Below, in pieces: positions 36,390 to 45,934 of a stretch of DNA of 64,000 nt. The notes beneath the pieces were generated by a model that had not been told where the DNA came from, did not search any database, and saw only the letters and a program-made list of their open reading frames with translations. Within the stretch, counting starts at the first letter, position 1. Each line of letters opens with the position of its first letter. A program made the translations under genes and the position numbers. This DNA comes from a virus: positions 2,476 through 66,475 of IMG/VR virus record IMGVR_UViG_3300044998_000296. One strand, written 5' to 3'.

Positions 36390-37631
36390 TTAGGCAATGC
36401 CCTGTTTTTTCAACATCATAGCCAGAGCCGTGGAAATATCGACATCGTTCGGGACGCCTCCTCCACTCTCCGTCGTCGGAGCGGAGCCTGTAGTTTCCAC
36501 CGAGGGACTGGCCCCTTCATACTTGGAGAGCTTAGTCTGTAATTCCTTGAGGCTGGCCCGGGCGTTATCCAGCTCGGAGACCAGCACAGGAAAGGCCGCC
36601 GCCCGATACAACGACTGCGCCTTCTCGCTGGTGGTCAACTTGCTAAAACGATCCGGGGAAGCAAAGGCTTTGACTTTCTCTACTTGCTGGTTCCAATCGT
36701 CAGCCCCGTCAATGGGAGCCAAAACCGGGAAGTCCTCGACCAGCTTTTCCCAAGTGCTATCCAAAGAAGCCTTCCACTCCTCACGCTCTTTAGCGGTCTG
36801 GGCTTCCGCCTTCGACCGTCGCTCGGTTTCAATGCGCTCCAGGGTTTCCTTCGCGTTTGCGCGAAGGCTTTGCTCGGTTTGATTGATCTTTTGGTAGGCG
36901 TCCACCAACTGGTAAAACTTGTAGCGGTCAAACTCAGCCATGTCCGCCGTCACCCGGGCGACCTCCTCGGGGCTACCGGACTGCACGGCTCGCACCACCG
37001 ACTCCGGAGAAACACCCGAGTATCTTTCGGAAATTTCGCCAATCGACTTGGCTACCTCGGCGCGGGGCTGGGAAACTTGTGCCTTGAACTCGTCGGTCAG
37101 CTCGACCCGCGCAGCAAAAAATTCGCTGTCGAACTGGGACAATCGTTGCTTGTTGGCTTCGTTCTCTGCCCGCAGCCGTTCAATTTCCGCGTTGATCTCC
37201 GGGTCGGCAGTTTTTTCCCCTCCCTGTTGTTTCTGGGCTTCAAGAGCCGCCTTCAACTGTCGGTTCTTGTCCCGCAGTTCATAGCGAAGCTTGGTGAACG
37301 CGGCCTTCTGCGGCGCGGGCATTTGGGCCGTCTCGCGCTTAATGTCTTCCTCGGCCTTACGCCCCTCGTCGTCCTCCGTTGCTCCGGGCTTCTCAGCCGC
37401 AGGAGATTCGGCCTTCGGGGGCTCGGCAGAACTTTCCGGTTTGGGCTCCGCAGGAGCGGCTTCGGAAGCGGGGGCTCCTCCTTGAAGCGGAGCCAACTGT
37501 TTCAAAGCCTCCGAAATGAAGTCCCCGGAGGGCTCTGCCGAAGGGGGTGGGGTCGGGGCCGATGCTGGAGCAGGGGCCGCAGATTCAGGGGACGGGGTTG
37601 CCGGGGCGGTTTCAGTAGTTGCAGTTGCCAT
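36390..37631 (-). CDS. putative capsid scaffolding protein
   Basis: Pro/Ala/Glu-rich disordered N-terminus and long coiled coil, between portal and capsid. Confidence 0.65.
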   Translation of the reverse strand: MATATTETAPATPSPESAAPAPASAPTPPPSAEPSGDFISEALKQLAPLQGGAPASEAAPAEPKPESSAEPPKAESPAAEKPGATEDDEGRKAEEDIKRETAQMPAPQKAAFTKLRYELRDKNRQLKAALEAQKQQGGEKTADPEINAEIERLRAENEANKQRLSQFDSEFFAARVELTDEFKAQVSQPRAEVAKSIGEISERYSGVSPESVVRAVQSGSPEEVARVTADMAEFDRYKFYQLVDAYQKINQTEQSLRANAKETLERIETERRSKAEAQTAKEREEWKASLDSTWEKLVEDFPVLAPIDGADDWNQQVEKVKAFASPDRFSKLTTSEKAQSLYRAAAFPVLVSELDNARASLKELQTKLSKYEGASPSVETTGSAPTTESGGGVPNDVDISTALAMMLKKQGIA

Positions 37632-37651
37632 AGGATAGGTTGGTTGGTAGG

Positions 37652-38068
37652 TTAATCAGGTTGGAGGTCGCCCCACGGGTTCATGTTGGAACGACGAAGC
37701 ACTTTTTCGCGGGTCAGGTTTTCCAGAGCGTTGAACGCCCCGAAATACCCAGCCCGATGCGAGGCCCGCAGGGCCAAAAGATTATTCAAATCAGCGGCGT
37801 TGGGAATCACCGTGCCGGACTTCCCTGCGACAAACGGGGGAATCTCCGATTCATAAGCCGCTCGCAACGTCGTTAAAGCCTCCCGCAAAATGGGGTTGCT
37901 TAACAGAGTGACCAATTCCGCTCGGCGGATGTCATCGTTGGCCCATGCTTCTAAGGCCAGGGCAGTTTCAAGCTGCCGTTCTTGCGGGGGTGGTAACTTC
38001 ACTTTACGCGGCTCGCGGGGTCGTTTGGTTACGGGAGGATTGACAGAGTCGATGTCTGGGTTGGCCAT
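37652..38068 (-). CDS. hypothetical protein
   Basis: Small helical ORF between portal and scaffold. Confidence 0.6.
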   Translation of the reverse strand: MANPDIDSVNPPVTKRPREPRKVKLPPPQERQLETALALEAWANDDIRRAELVTLLSNPILREALTTLRAAYESEIPPFVAGKSGTVIPNAADLNNLLALRASHRAGYFGAFNALENLTREKVLRRSNMNPWGDLQPD

Positions 38069-38079
38069 AAAGAATTTTG

Positions 38080-40329
38080 TTAGGAACGGAGCTTGGCCGC
38101 CTGTTGCGTGAGCTGGCCAGCCACTTTAATCTGGGTCTGAGCCTGTCGCAGTTGAAGGCGTTGTTGCACTTCGGCTTGACGCAAAGCCATCTTTTGTTGA
38201 TGCGCTTCTTGCGTCATTTGAAGTTTCAACTGGTGCTCCTGAATCTTCATTTGCAAACGAGTCATCTGCTCCTGTTGCTCGGCCTCACTCGGGGCCAACC
38301 GTTCAGCCATACGAACCATCCCCTGCAAACGTCCGACGATTTGTTGAAACGCCTGCCGCAACTGACCAAACTCAACCGCTCGGGTCGGGTCTTCGGCCAT
38401 GGCAACGATATGAGGTTCGGCGTGAGCCAGTAAAGAACCCGTGTAGTTGATCTGCTCAAAGATCGGGCTTGGGTCGATCTCCTGCCCGGCGTTCAAAGCT
38501 TCTTCCACCCCGGCCAAAAGCTCGGCGGCTTTACCCAGATGAACTTGCGCGTGGACGAAATTGTTTTCCCCCGGCTGTGGTTGAAGCGCGGGGTCCGTCC
38601 GCAGAGTAGCGTTCTCCAACTCGGCAATCCGGCGATCCACCACATAACGAGTGCCCTGCGGAGACCCGACAAATTGCAAAGCCAAATCTCGCCCAAAAAG
38701 CTCACTGAAATAGCCGAGCAAAAAGCGTTGCCGACCCACTTCGTCCAGCGATCCCAAGAGATTCAAACCTTGGGTAAACGCCGCCAGCCGATGCCCCACC
38801 GACCCATTGCCCGCTGCGCGGTAAGGCTCCACCCGTTCCACTGCCATGAACTCCTCGGGAGCAACGCCCCGCGCCGTCAGTCGGGCGAAGAACCGGGCAA
38901 TCTCCGGGAAACGGGCGTTGTCCGGGCCAATCGCTTTGATCCGCTGGACCTGCATCTCGAACACCCGTTTCAACGAACGATAAAAGCGAGACACCTGAGA
39001 CCCAGTCAACGCTCCAAGAGCCAACGACTGCACCTGTTGTCCATACATTGTATTGGCAAAATCAACGTTGGCGGGCCGGGTCATACCCAAATTCTCCCGC
39101 ATGGTTGCCGTCATGTCTTGGATCATCGGCAAGGCGTTCTGCTGTAGATTCGGCTGGACCCGCTGCGTAATCATGGTCGCTTCAGGAGGCAGGACCGTAA
39201 CAGGACCGTTGAGCAAAAGGGCCATGTCCTCCATGCTCTCGGCATCATTGGGCTGGAGCATGACTGACATACTGTGAGCCGTGCTGTCCAGAGCCGCACA
39301 ACGAAGCCGATTCAACGCTTGGGCCTCGGGATACGCCCGATACAGGTCTCCCCGAATGGAGTGATACTTCCCATTTCGGCCAATCCGCGCCGTGAAAATC
39401 GTGAAGCAATCTTTGTCGGAAGCATATCGCTCACTCCGCTGGAAAAGAAAAGCGTCACCATCCCCGTCCTCCGGGAAAATATAGTGGCTATATGCCCCGC
39501 TTCCATACTCCCGAACCAAGGCGTGGACCACCGATACTTCCGTCGCCTTGTAGTAACTCCCCGACAAATCGTTGTTGGCCAGATCGTCCTGAACCTGCAC
39601 CCAGTATTCGTTCAGATTTTGGGCAGCCCCAATCCCTTTGGTCGCCTTGACCATGGCCCGCCGCACCGCCCGCACATCCCACCCGGCTCCCTTGGCTACC
39701 GCCTCGTCCGCGATCATTCGGTAAAGCACATCGACCGAAAACGAGCCCTTGATAAACAGCAGGTCCACCGCAGATTCCCGGGCCTTGGCCCTGCGCGGCA
39801 AAAGAAAATCATCCAGCCCCGCCGACTCCCACTTCCAAGTCGTCTCGTCTGGAGCATATACCAACGCCACCCCGTGCTGCGCCATTTCGTTGATCAGCAA
39901 ATCCCAGTTGGAATAAAACTCAGGCCAGTCCGAACGGTTCAACTGGGTGAATTCTTCGGCAATGACTTGCTGCTTGCGGTCGGTCTCGGCGTCCTCCTGA
40001 AACCCCTCGGCAAAATGGAACCGGGCCAAATTGGGGACCGATTCAATGAGATCAGTATAAACGCTGTTTCTCTCATCCATTAACGCCGATAAATCATGGA
40101 AGTTGAGATTAAATCGACCTTCCTGCTCCAAGGAAACGTCCGGGTAGGGGGGTGCGCCGTCTGCCGCGTCACGAACCAGCATACGATTATAGGCTGCCTT
40201 GTCGTCATCTTGTCGGAACTTTACGTAAACCGCGTGCAAGGATTTCATATCCTTGACCCGGGGCTTGGGTTTGCCCGTCTCCGGGAAAGGCTCTAGCTGC
40301 AAATGAGCGTCGGTAGTGGGAGCGGGCAC
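38080..40329 (-). CDS. portal protein
   Basis: 749 aa after terminase, with Gln-rich coiled-coil C-terminal barrel typical of podoviral portals. Confidence 0.7.
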   Translation of the reverse strand: MPAPTTDAHLQLEPFPETGKPKPRVKDMKSLHAVYVKFRQDDDKAAYNRMLVRDAADGAPPYPDVSLEQEGRFNLNFHDLSALMDERNSVYTDLIESVPNLARFHFAEGFQEDAETDRKQQVIAEEFTQLNRSDWPEFYSNWDLLINEMAQHGVALVYAPDETTWKWESAGLDDFLLPRRAKARESAVDLLFIKGSFSVDVLYRMIADEAVAKGAGWDVRAVRRAMVKATKGIGAAQNLNEYWVQVQDDLANNDLSGSYYKATEVSVVHALVREYGSGAYSHYIFPEDGDGDAFLFQRSERYASDKDCFTIFTARIGRNGKYHSIRGDLYRAYPEAQALNRLRCAALDSTAHSMSVMLQPNDAESMEDMALLLNGPVTVLPPEATMITQRVQPNLQQNALPMIQDMTATMRENLGMTRPANVDFANTMYGQQVQSLALGALTGSQVSRFYRSLKRVFEMQVQRIKAIGPDNARFPEIARFFARLTARGVAPEEFMAVERVEPYRAAGNGSVGHRLAAFTQGLNLLGSLDEVGRQRFLLGYFSELFGRDLALQFVGSPQGTRYVVDRRIAELENATLRTDPALQPQPGENNFVHAQVHLGKAAELLAGVEEALNAGQEIDPSPIFEQINYTGSLLAHAEPHIVAMAEDPTRAVEFGQLRQAFQQIVGRLQGMVRMAERLAPSEAEQQEQMTRLQMKIQEHQLKLQMTQEAHQQKMALRQAEVQQRLQLRQAQTQIKVAGQLTQQAAKLRS

Positions 40330-40335
40330 GGCGGT

Positions 40336-41106
40336 TTACTTTCCTTCAAAGCGTTTTTCCAACAGACGGATCAGCGAAGTATCCTTGACCCCGTGGACGA
40401 CCAAAGGCCCGCGCTCTCCAAGAGTCACCGGGCGGGCGTAGTCCTTACTGGCCGGACGATCCTTGGCGTTCTCGCAAAACGCTTGGTCCTTCTCCAAGCG
40501 ATACTTGGCCGTGGACCAATTATGCTGGATCAGTTTAGTGTCCCACGTCAGGGGAACAATCTGAACTTCCAACGCCACGTCAAAAGGGTCTCCCAGCAAA
40601 TGCAAGTGCTTGCAAATGGAAGCCCTATGAAAAATGTCCGGCGAATAAATAGCCGTCCCAACAAGATGTTTGCCCGTGACCCGATTGCCTTTCCGAACCG
40701 TGTTGTTGACCACTCCCATACACGGACGCTCCCGATACTCATACTCGGCTTGCAATGCGTCTATCCAGCCAGGTTTGAGCGGGACATTGTCCAACTCGTA
40801 AAAATACCAACAGCTCTGCCCATGCGCCTGATTCTGCGCGGCGTAGAACGCAGCTTCCTGAAAAATAAAGTTAGCCGACCGGGGCCAGCCATACTCAGGG
40901 TGGTTGCCCTGTTCGATGACAAAAGTAGAGCCGCCCAAAGACGACAAAGCTTTACGAATCGCCTCGGCCTCCACGTCAGGGATTCCTGACTGGGCAAACG
41001 CAACCACCATCGGATGTTGGCCCAGACCCCCGAGAGTCTTCATCCAGCGGAACAAGGGAGCCGCCAAGTGGAAATCGGAGCGGGTAACGGGAACGTAGAG
41101 CAACAT
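40336..41106 (-). CDS. hypothetical protein, possible glycosyltransferase-like fold
   Basis: WYFYELDNVPL..GWID.L..EY, HLVGTAIY, and C-terminal VVHGVKD. Confidence 0.4.
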   Translation of the reverse strand: MLLYVPVTRSDFHLAAPLFRWMKTLGGLGQHPMVVAFAQSGIPDVEAEAIRKALSSLGGSTFVIEQGNHPEYGWPRSANFIFQEAAFYAAQNQAHGQSCWYFYELDNVPLKPGWIDALQAEYEYRERPCMGVVNNTVRKGNRVTGKHLVGTAIYSPDIFHRASICKHLHLLGDPFDVALEVQIVPLTWDTKLIQHNWSTAKYRLEKDQAFCENAKDRPASKDYARPVTLGERGPLVVHGVKDTSLIRLLEKRFEGK

Positions 41107-41150
41107 TGCGGGTGAAATACAACGCCACACACCTAAACGCAAGGGTTTTT

Positions 41151-43091
41151 TTAACGGACCAAAGCCAACCCCCTAGATAACCCCCCGCGATACGCCGGAC
41201 GACTGGAATACTCGGCCCACAAAGAACGCGGAGAACGCCCCCTTCGTTTTTCCGCTCGCCATTCTTCCTCCGTCAACAAGGTCAACGCTTCCTCTTTCCA
41301 ATGCCGCTTGTTGAAGAGCAGGTTCTTCACAGCCTTGATGATGCCCATTCGCTTGGCCAACTTGAACTTGTGCCGAGTCCGGACCAAATCAAACGTCACA
41401 ATCGCCGCATCCGCAATGTCCGGCGATACCCCCGTCCGGCCTTTGAGTTTTCGCTTGGGTTCAATCGCCACCGAAGACTGCTTGCTGATACCGCCCCCGA
41501 CAAGGTAACGCCTCGCCGTAAGTTCTCGGGCCAAGTCCGGACCCACCCCACGAATCTGCCGCTTCTCCATGTAATTGCGGGCCTCAAAGTAAAGCTCGGT
41601 CGCCCGGTTGGCGTAGCGTTCCTGCGCGGCCACCCTGTCTTCTCCCACGGTCCACATGGTTGACTTGCCGCCAAACTGGACCCGATGAACGTCCTTGCTC
41701 CAAACACGGGCCACGATGTCGCCAAACGCCGGGGAACCCGAAACGTCCACCCCGGCATTGCGTGGGGTAACTCCCCGCCGAAGGCACTCCTGCTTCCAAG
41801 CCTGAACAATCTGAAAATTCCGGGGCGTCGTTTTGTCTGAAGCATCATCCTTAACAACTAAATAGTCGGTAAAAAGCAACACCGGAACCCCTTCCACATC
41901 TTGCCCAAACAACGCAAAGTAAGCCACGGAGCGATCCCCGTCGTTGGTGAAGCCTGGGTCGAGCCCGCTGACCGGAATCGGGGGAACCCCCCACCGCACA
42001 TCCGACTTATCCGCCTCAAAGTAAACAATATCCGTATCCGAAAACACTGTCTGCTCGGAACCCTCCGGAGGAAAGAACCCTCTCCACTGCCGATAAAACC
42101 CAAACGAGTTTTCCCCCATCCGGTTTTTCGCGTCCTCCAAACGCTCCAACGTCGGCAAAAACGGGAAGAGAACTTCCCCGGCCAAAATGTTCGGAGATTG
42201 AGTCGCGTCGAACCGGATGGCAAAACCATACACCGTCTCCCACTCCATCGTGTTTTCGTTGATAGACTTCCAACCATCCTTCGGTTGCGAGAACAACCCG
42301 TGCGCATCAAAGTAAGAGGCCGGGTTGCCCAGCCCGATAGCCTGACACCACGGGTTGTTCGTCAGGTTGGAAATAGCCGCCTGCATCAGAGCCGGGGACA
42401 ACTCGGGCAACTCGTCGCAAATCAACAGAACACGCTTGTTGTGAATCCCGATAATCTTCCCGGTCGCTTCCTTCTCCTTGCTTTGCTCCCCCGGGATTAG
42501 CTCCATTCCGCAACGCTCAGACGCTCGGAAACCCGTCGTCTCCGAAACCCGGATCAACCCAAAGCTTGTCACCAACTTCCCCAACAGACGAATCGAGTCC
42601 GGCAAAGCCAGCCAATAGTCCTCAATGGAACCCCAAATGCGGCGGCGAGAAGCCTTCAGAGAAGTGGAAGTCACCATGACCTTGGTTCCCAACGGATCAC
42701 ACAACCAATTAACAATCCCCCATACCGCTGCCCAATCAGTCTTGCCCGACCCCGAACACCCCGATATGGACAGCATTTGGTGATCGGACGCCGCCTGCGT
42801 CATGCGCTCGGCCCACGGTTGGCGCAAGAACGGCTTGCGGCAAACCCCATCGTCAGGCCAAAGAACCGAAACAATGTTCCAAAAGTTCTCGGCCTTTCCG
42901 GGAAACCCATCATCGACGGACAATCCCTCCCGGAAACAATAAAGTTCAATCTCCAAATCGGACATCTGCCCCCAATCACGACCATACTTGATAGTCCCCG
43001 GAACTACCTGGGTGGCCACAGATTGCGTTACGGAGCCTACGGGGTTCCCCCCGTTGCCCCCCTTCAAAGTTCGGCTTTTTTTGGTCGGCAT
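41151..43091 (-). CDS. terL: terminase large subunit
   Basis: Walker A GCSGSGKT, Walker B LLICDE, coupling GLGNP, nuclease GLDPG..GD, and SPDIADA. Confidence 0.9.
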   Translation of the reverse strand: MPTKKSRTLKGGNGGNPVGSVTQSVATQVVPGTIKYGRDWGQMSDLEIELYCFREGLSVDDGFPGKAENFWNIVSVLWPDDGVCRKPFLRQPWAERMTQAASDHQMLSISGCSGSGKTDWAAVWGIVNWLCDPLGTKVMVTSTSLKASRRRIWGSIEDYWLALPDSIRLLGKLVTSFGLIRVSETTGFRASERCGMELIPGEQSKEKEATGKIIGIHNKRVLLICDELPELSPALMQAAISNLTNNPWCQAIGLGNPASYFDAHGLFSQPKDGWKSINENTMEWETVYGFAIRFDATQSPNILAGEVLFPFLPTLERLEDAKNRMGENSFGFYRQWRGFFPPEGSEQTVFSDTDIVYFEADKSDVRWGVPPIPVSGLDPGFTNDGDRSVAYFALFGQDVEGVPVLLFTDYLVVKDDASDKTTPRNFQIVQAWKQECLRRGVTPRNAGVDVSGSPAFGDIVARVWSKDVHRVQFGGKSTMWTVGEDRVAAQERYANRATELYFEARNYMEKRQIRGVGPDLARELTARRYLVGGGISKQSSVAIEPKRKLKGRTGVSPDIADAAIVTFDLVRTRHKFKLAKRMGIIKAVKNLLFNKRHWKEEALTLLTEEEWRAEKRRGRSPRSLWAEYSSRPAYRGGLSRGLALVR

Positions 43092-43148
43092 ATTTCACAC
43101 CCTATAACACATTCCCCACGCAACGCACTAGAAAATTTCAGCCCATTT

Positions 43149-43352
43149 TGTCAGCATTTGTCAGCAAGCCTCTCGGAGCCTCTTAGATAGAAGCGGAGTC
43201 TACGGGGCTCGAACCCGCCCTCCAAAACCCCCATCCAAAAGAAGAGCCCTACGTAACTCGTTGAGAATCAAGCACGGAGGTGAGTTATATTAGGCTATAT
43301 TGTGTAGTATTGTAACATTTTTTTGAACGCCTCTGTCAGCAATCTGTCAGAC
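43149..43352. mobile_element. attP-like site: 26-bp tRNA 3'-end core (43193-43218) flanked by TGTCAG arm-type repeats
   Basis: - strand core gcgggttcgagccccgtagactccgc = T-arm plus acceptor 3' strand. tgtcagca at 43149, 43159 and 43334, tgtcagac at 43345. Adjacent to integrase. Confidence 0.8.
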
Positions 43353-43357
43353 GTATC

Positions 43358-44533
43358 GTGAGCACAATACTCGAAAAAATCACCCAAGCTGTCAATGCCC
43401 GCGAAAGCATCACCTTGCGAGTGGGTCGCCAAAAAATCGGCCTTTACTGCGCTGAAAGATCGGGCAACCCCTACTGGACGCTGTCTTGGTATGAAGGAGC
43501 CCAGCGTTGTCGAAAAACGGCGACAGAACCCGCCAAAGCTATCCGCATGACGGAAGCCGTCGCGGAATCTGTGGCCACCGTAGGTCGGGCAACTCCCTCA
43601 GTTTTAGGCCAACCCAGCGAAGTGGCTTCCATCCCGCTAAACGAACTGTTGGAGTTTTACAAAAAGCACCATCCCGATTTGAAGGAAACCTTCAACGCCC
43701 CAACGGTTTCGGAAATCCGAGACGAGTTTCTGTCCGCCGCAAAAAACGCGGGGCGAAGCCAACGCCATCTGCAAAGCCTACGGGCGCATCTCAACAAGTT
43801 TTGCCTAGCCTGCCCCAAGAAAATTTCTCAAATTAGTGTTGAAGATATTAACCCTTTTCTCCAACAATTCGCGGCCCTGAAAACCCGGCTCAATTATCGC
43901 ATCACCCTGATCTCCTTTTTCCGATTTGCTCAAAGACGCGGATTTCTGCCTACTGACCGCTTGACTGCCGCCGAACTTAGCGACAAACCATCCGTGCGCC
44001 CAACCGAGCCCGAAGTGTTTACCTCCGAAGAATTTGCCCGCCTCTTAAAACATTGCGACAACAAAAAAATCCGGGCCTTTTTAGTGTTCGGTGGACTGTG
44101 TGGTCTGCGGTCTGCGGAGATCGCCCGCCTAAGATGGGAAAACGTCCGCGAAGACCACATCATCTTGGGGGCGGCGATAACCAAGACAGCCCGCCGCAGA
44201 GTAGCCGAGATTCCCGGGAACGCGGCGGCTTGGTTGGAGGCTTTGAGGGAAACAAGCGGTCCGGTGTCCTATCTATCCCCAAACCAACTTTACAAAAAAC
44301 TCGACGCATTGGCCGAAGCTGCCGGAGTTTCCTGGAAACCGAACGCTCTGAGACACAGCTTCGCCAGCTACCATTTAGAATTTCACCGGGACCCGCCCCG
44401 GACATCCAAGACAGCGGGACACAGCCTACGAATGTTGGAGACCGTTTACGCGAAATTGGTTTCCCGAAACGACGCCATTGCGTGGTTCTCGATCTTCCCC
44501 ATCCAGCAACAAAATACAAGCCGAAATCTATGA
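43358..44533 (+). CDS. int: tyrosine integrase
   Basis: GLRSAEIARL (R), KT (K), NALRHSFASY, AGHS and VYA catalytic pattern. Confidence 0.9.
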   Translation: MSTILEKITQAVNARESITLRVGRQKIGLYCAERSGNPYWTLSWYEGAQRCRKTATEPAKAIRMTEAVAESVATVGRATPSVLGQPSEVASIPLNELLEFYKKHHPDLKETFNAPTVSEIRDEFLSAAKNAGRSQRHLQSLRAHLNKFCLACPKKISQISVEDINPFLQQFAALKTRLNYRITLISFFRFAQRRGFLPTDRLTAAELSDKPSVRPTEPEVFTSEEFARLLKHCDNKKIRAFLVFGGLCGLRSAEIARLRWENVREDHIILGAAITKTARRRVAEIPGNAAAWLEALRETSGPVSYLSPNQLYKKLDALAEAAGVSWKPNALRHSFASYHLEFHRDPPRTSKTAGHSLRMLETVYAKLVSRNDAIAWFSIFPIQQQNTSRNL

Positions 44534-45018
44534 AACAGCCAAAAAACGCCGCGCTAAATCTCCTAAATAAAGTCCTCGAAGCCCACCCCGGCGAACTAGA
44601 CGATCTGGTTCAGATGTCAGAACGCCTAAAGACCCCCCTGCTTTCCCTGGTCGATTCCGTCTTGAGCCGCCCTTACTTGACAAGAAAGGAAGCCGCCGAC
44701 ATCATGGGTGTAAAGCAACGCACTATAGATTGTTGGATTCGCACCAAGGGGCTACCAAGAACTCGGTGCGGACACACCGTAAGAATTCCTCACCGAGCCT
44801 ACCTCAAGTGGATAACCGACCAAACTCAATCACTCTCGCCATCGACCCCGGCCTCTCGGGGGGCTTCGCATGGAGAGACAAAGGCGGGGACTATCACAGT
44901 GCAAAAATGCCGGAAACGGCGGGGGAAATTGTCAACCTCCTCCGAAGCATCGGGTGTCACCCTTTCCCACACAACAAAACAGCTTACGTTGAAGAAGTCG
45001 GGGGGTTTGTTGGGGTGA
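44530..45018 (+). CDS. excisionase-like HTH protein
   Basis: YLTRKEAADIMGVKQRTIDCWIRTKGLP...VRIP; ATGA overlap with int; C-terminal extent uncertain. Confidence 0.7.
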   Translation: MKQPKNAALNLLNKVLEAHPGELDDLVQMSERLKTPLLSLVDSVLSRPYLTRKEAADIMGVKQRTIDCWIRTKGLPRTRCGHTVRIPHRAYLKWITDQTQSLSPSTPASRGASHGETKAGTITVQKCRKRRGKLSTSSEASGVTLSHTTKQLTLKKSGGLLG

Positions 45019-45308
45019 AACAACCCGGAAGCGCAATGTTCAAATTCGGCTTCAATGCCGGATTTATTCGCGGGATTCTCATGTCCTTGGGCTGGCGGAT
45101 CGAATTGGTCCGACCAGCCAAGTGGCAGGCGGGGTTTGGCTTAGGGGGATCAAAGTCCTGCACCACCAAGGCTGAATGGAAGCGCAAGCTCAAGGAAGAA
45201 GCCGAGCGTCGGTTCCCCAACCAAAAAGTCACGCTGGCCACAGCGGACGCCCTGTTAATTTTGGACTGGGGACTGCGACAACCACACCATGAACGAAGCC
45301 ACGCTTAA
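44808..45308 (+). CDS. RuvC-like Holliday junction resolvase
   Basis: LAIDPGLSGG, YVEEV, SAMFKFG, P.KWQ, ADALLI; start uncertain. Confidence 0.8.
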   Translation: MDNRPNSITLAIDPGLSGGFAWRDKGGDYHSAKMPETAGEIVNLLRSIGCHPFPHNKTAYVEEVGGFVGVKQPGSAMFKFGFNAGFIRGILMSLGWRIELVRPAKWQAGFGLGGSKSCTTKAEWKRKLKEEAERRFPNQKVTLATADALLILDWGLRQPHHERSHA

Positions 45309-45897
45309 ACTTTTACAGAGAGTAAACCCCCGGGTTATCATCGACGGGGGAGCCAGCGATGGCCGCTGGAGCAAAGAGCTTTGGCCGCACTTCCAAACAG
45401 CCGAATACATCTTGGTGGACCCGCTGGAATACCCCAACAAGTGGGAAGGGGCGGGCGTTCACTGGGTCCATAAATGCCTGCACGCTCCGGGAATTGCCGA
45501 GGTTCCTTTCTGCAAAACTGACGACCCCTTTCGCAGCGGGTCTTACGACAACGCAGCGGAATACAAGCCCGCAGTCAGCCTAGTGGAGTTGGCGGGAGAG
45601 GCTAAAGACATTTTTCTCAAGCTCGACACCCACGGAGTCGAACGGGAAATTCTCAAACCGCTGGGCCAGCTATTCAACCAAATATCGGCAATTCAGATCG
45701 AAGTGTATAACTTCCACCTGACGGAAACCAGCCCGAGATTTGGGGAGATCAACGCCTTCATCGAATCAAAGGGATACCGTTTAGCCACTCTGGTTGATGC
45801 TCTTTGGCGCGGGGACGGCTGCCTGTGGCAGATGGACTTCCTTTACCTGCGGAAAACAAATCCCGTGTTCAAAAATGAAGGATTCTTTTACATGTGA
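45289..45897 (+). CDS. FkbM-family SAM methyltransferase
   Basis: IIDGGASDGRWS, LKLDTHGVEREIL, IQIEV, WQMDFLY. Confidence 0.8.
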   Translation: MNEATLKLLQRVNPRVIIDGGASDGRWSKELWPHFQTAEYILVDPLEYPNKWEGAGVHWVHKCLHAPGIAEVPFCKTDDPFRSGSYDNAAEYKPAVSLVELAGEAKDIFLKLDTHGVEREILKPLGQLFNQISAIQIEVYNFHLTETSPRFGEINAFIESKGYRLATLVDALWRGDGCLWQMDFLYLRKTNPVFKNEGFFYM

Positions 45898-45934
45898 GCC
45901 CTTTAATTAAACAAAACCGCCCTTTTCTTTACAT

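Noticed and set aside
43193-43218. tRNA gene
   Set aside because: Only the T-arm and 3' acceptor strand are present, with no D-arm or anticodon arm; better explained as an attP core.
43358-44533. Integron integrase IntI serving the attC-like arrays
   Set aside because: The segment between the catalytic Lys region and the LRH box is short, with no evident IntI-specific insertion; the gene sits beside a tRNA-type attP and an Xis-like gene, far from array A. Not formally excluded without an HMM search.
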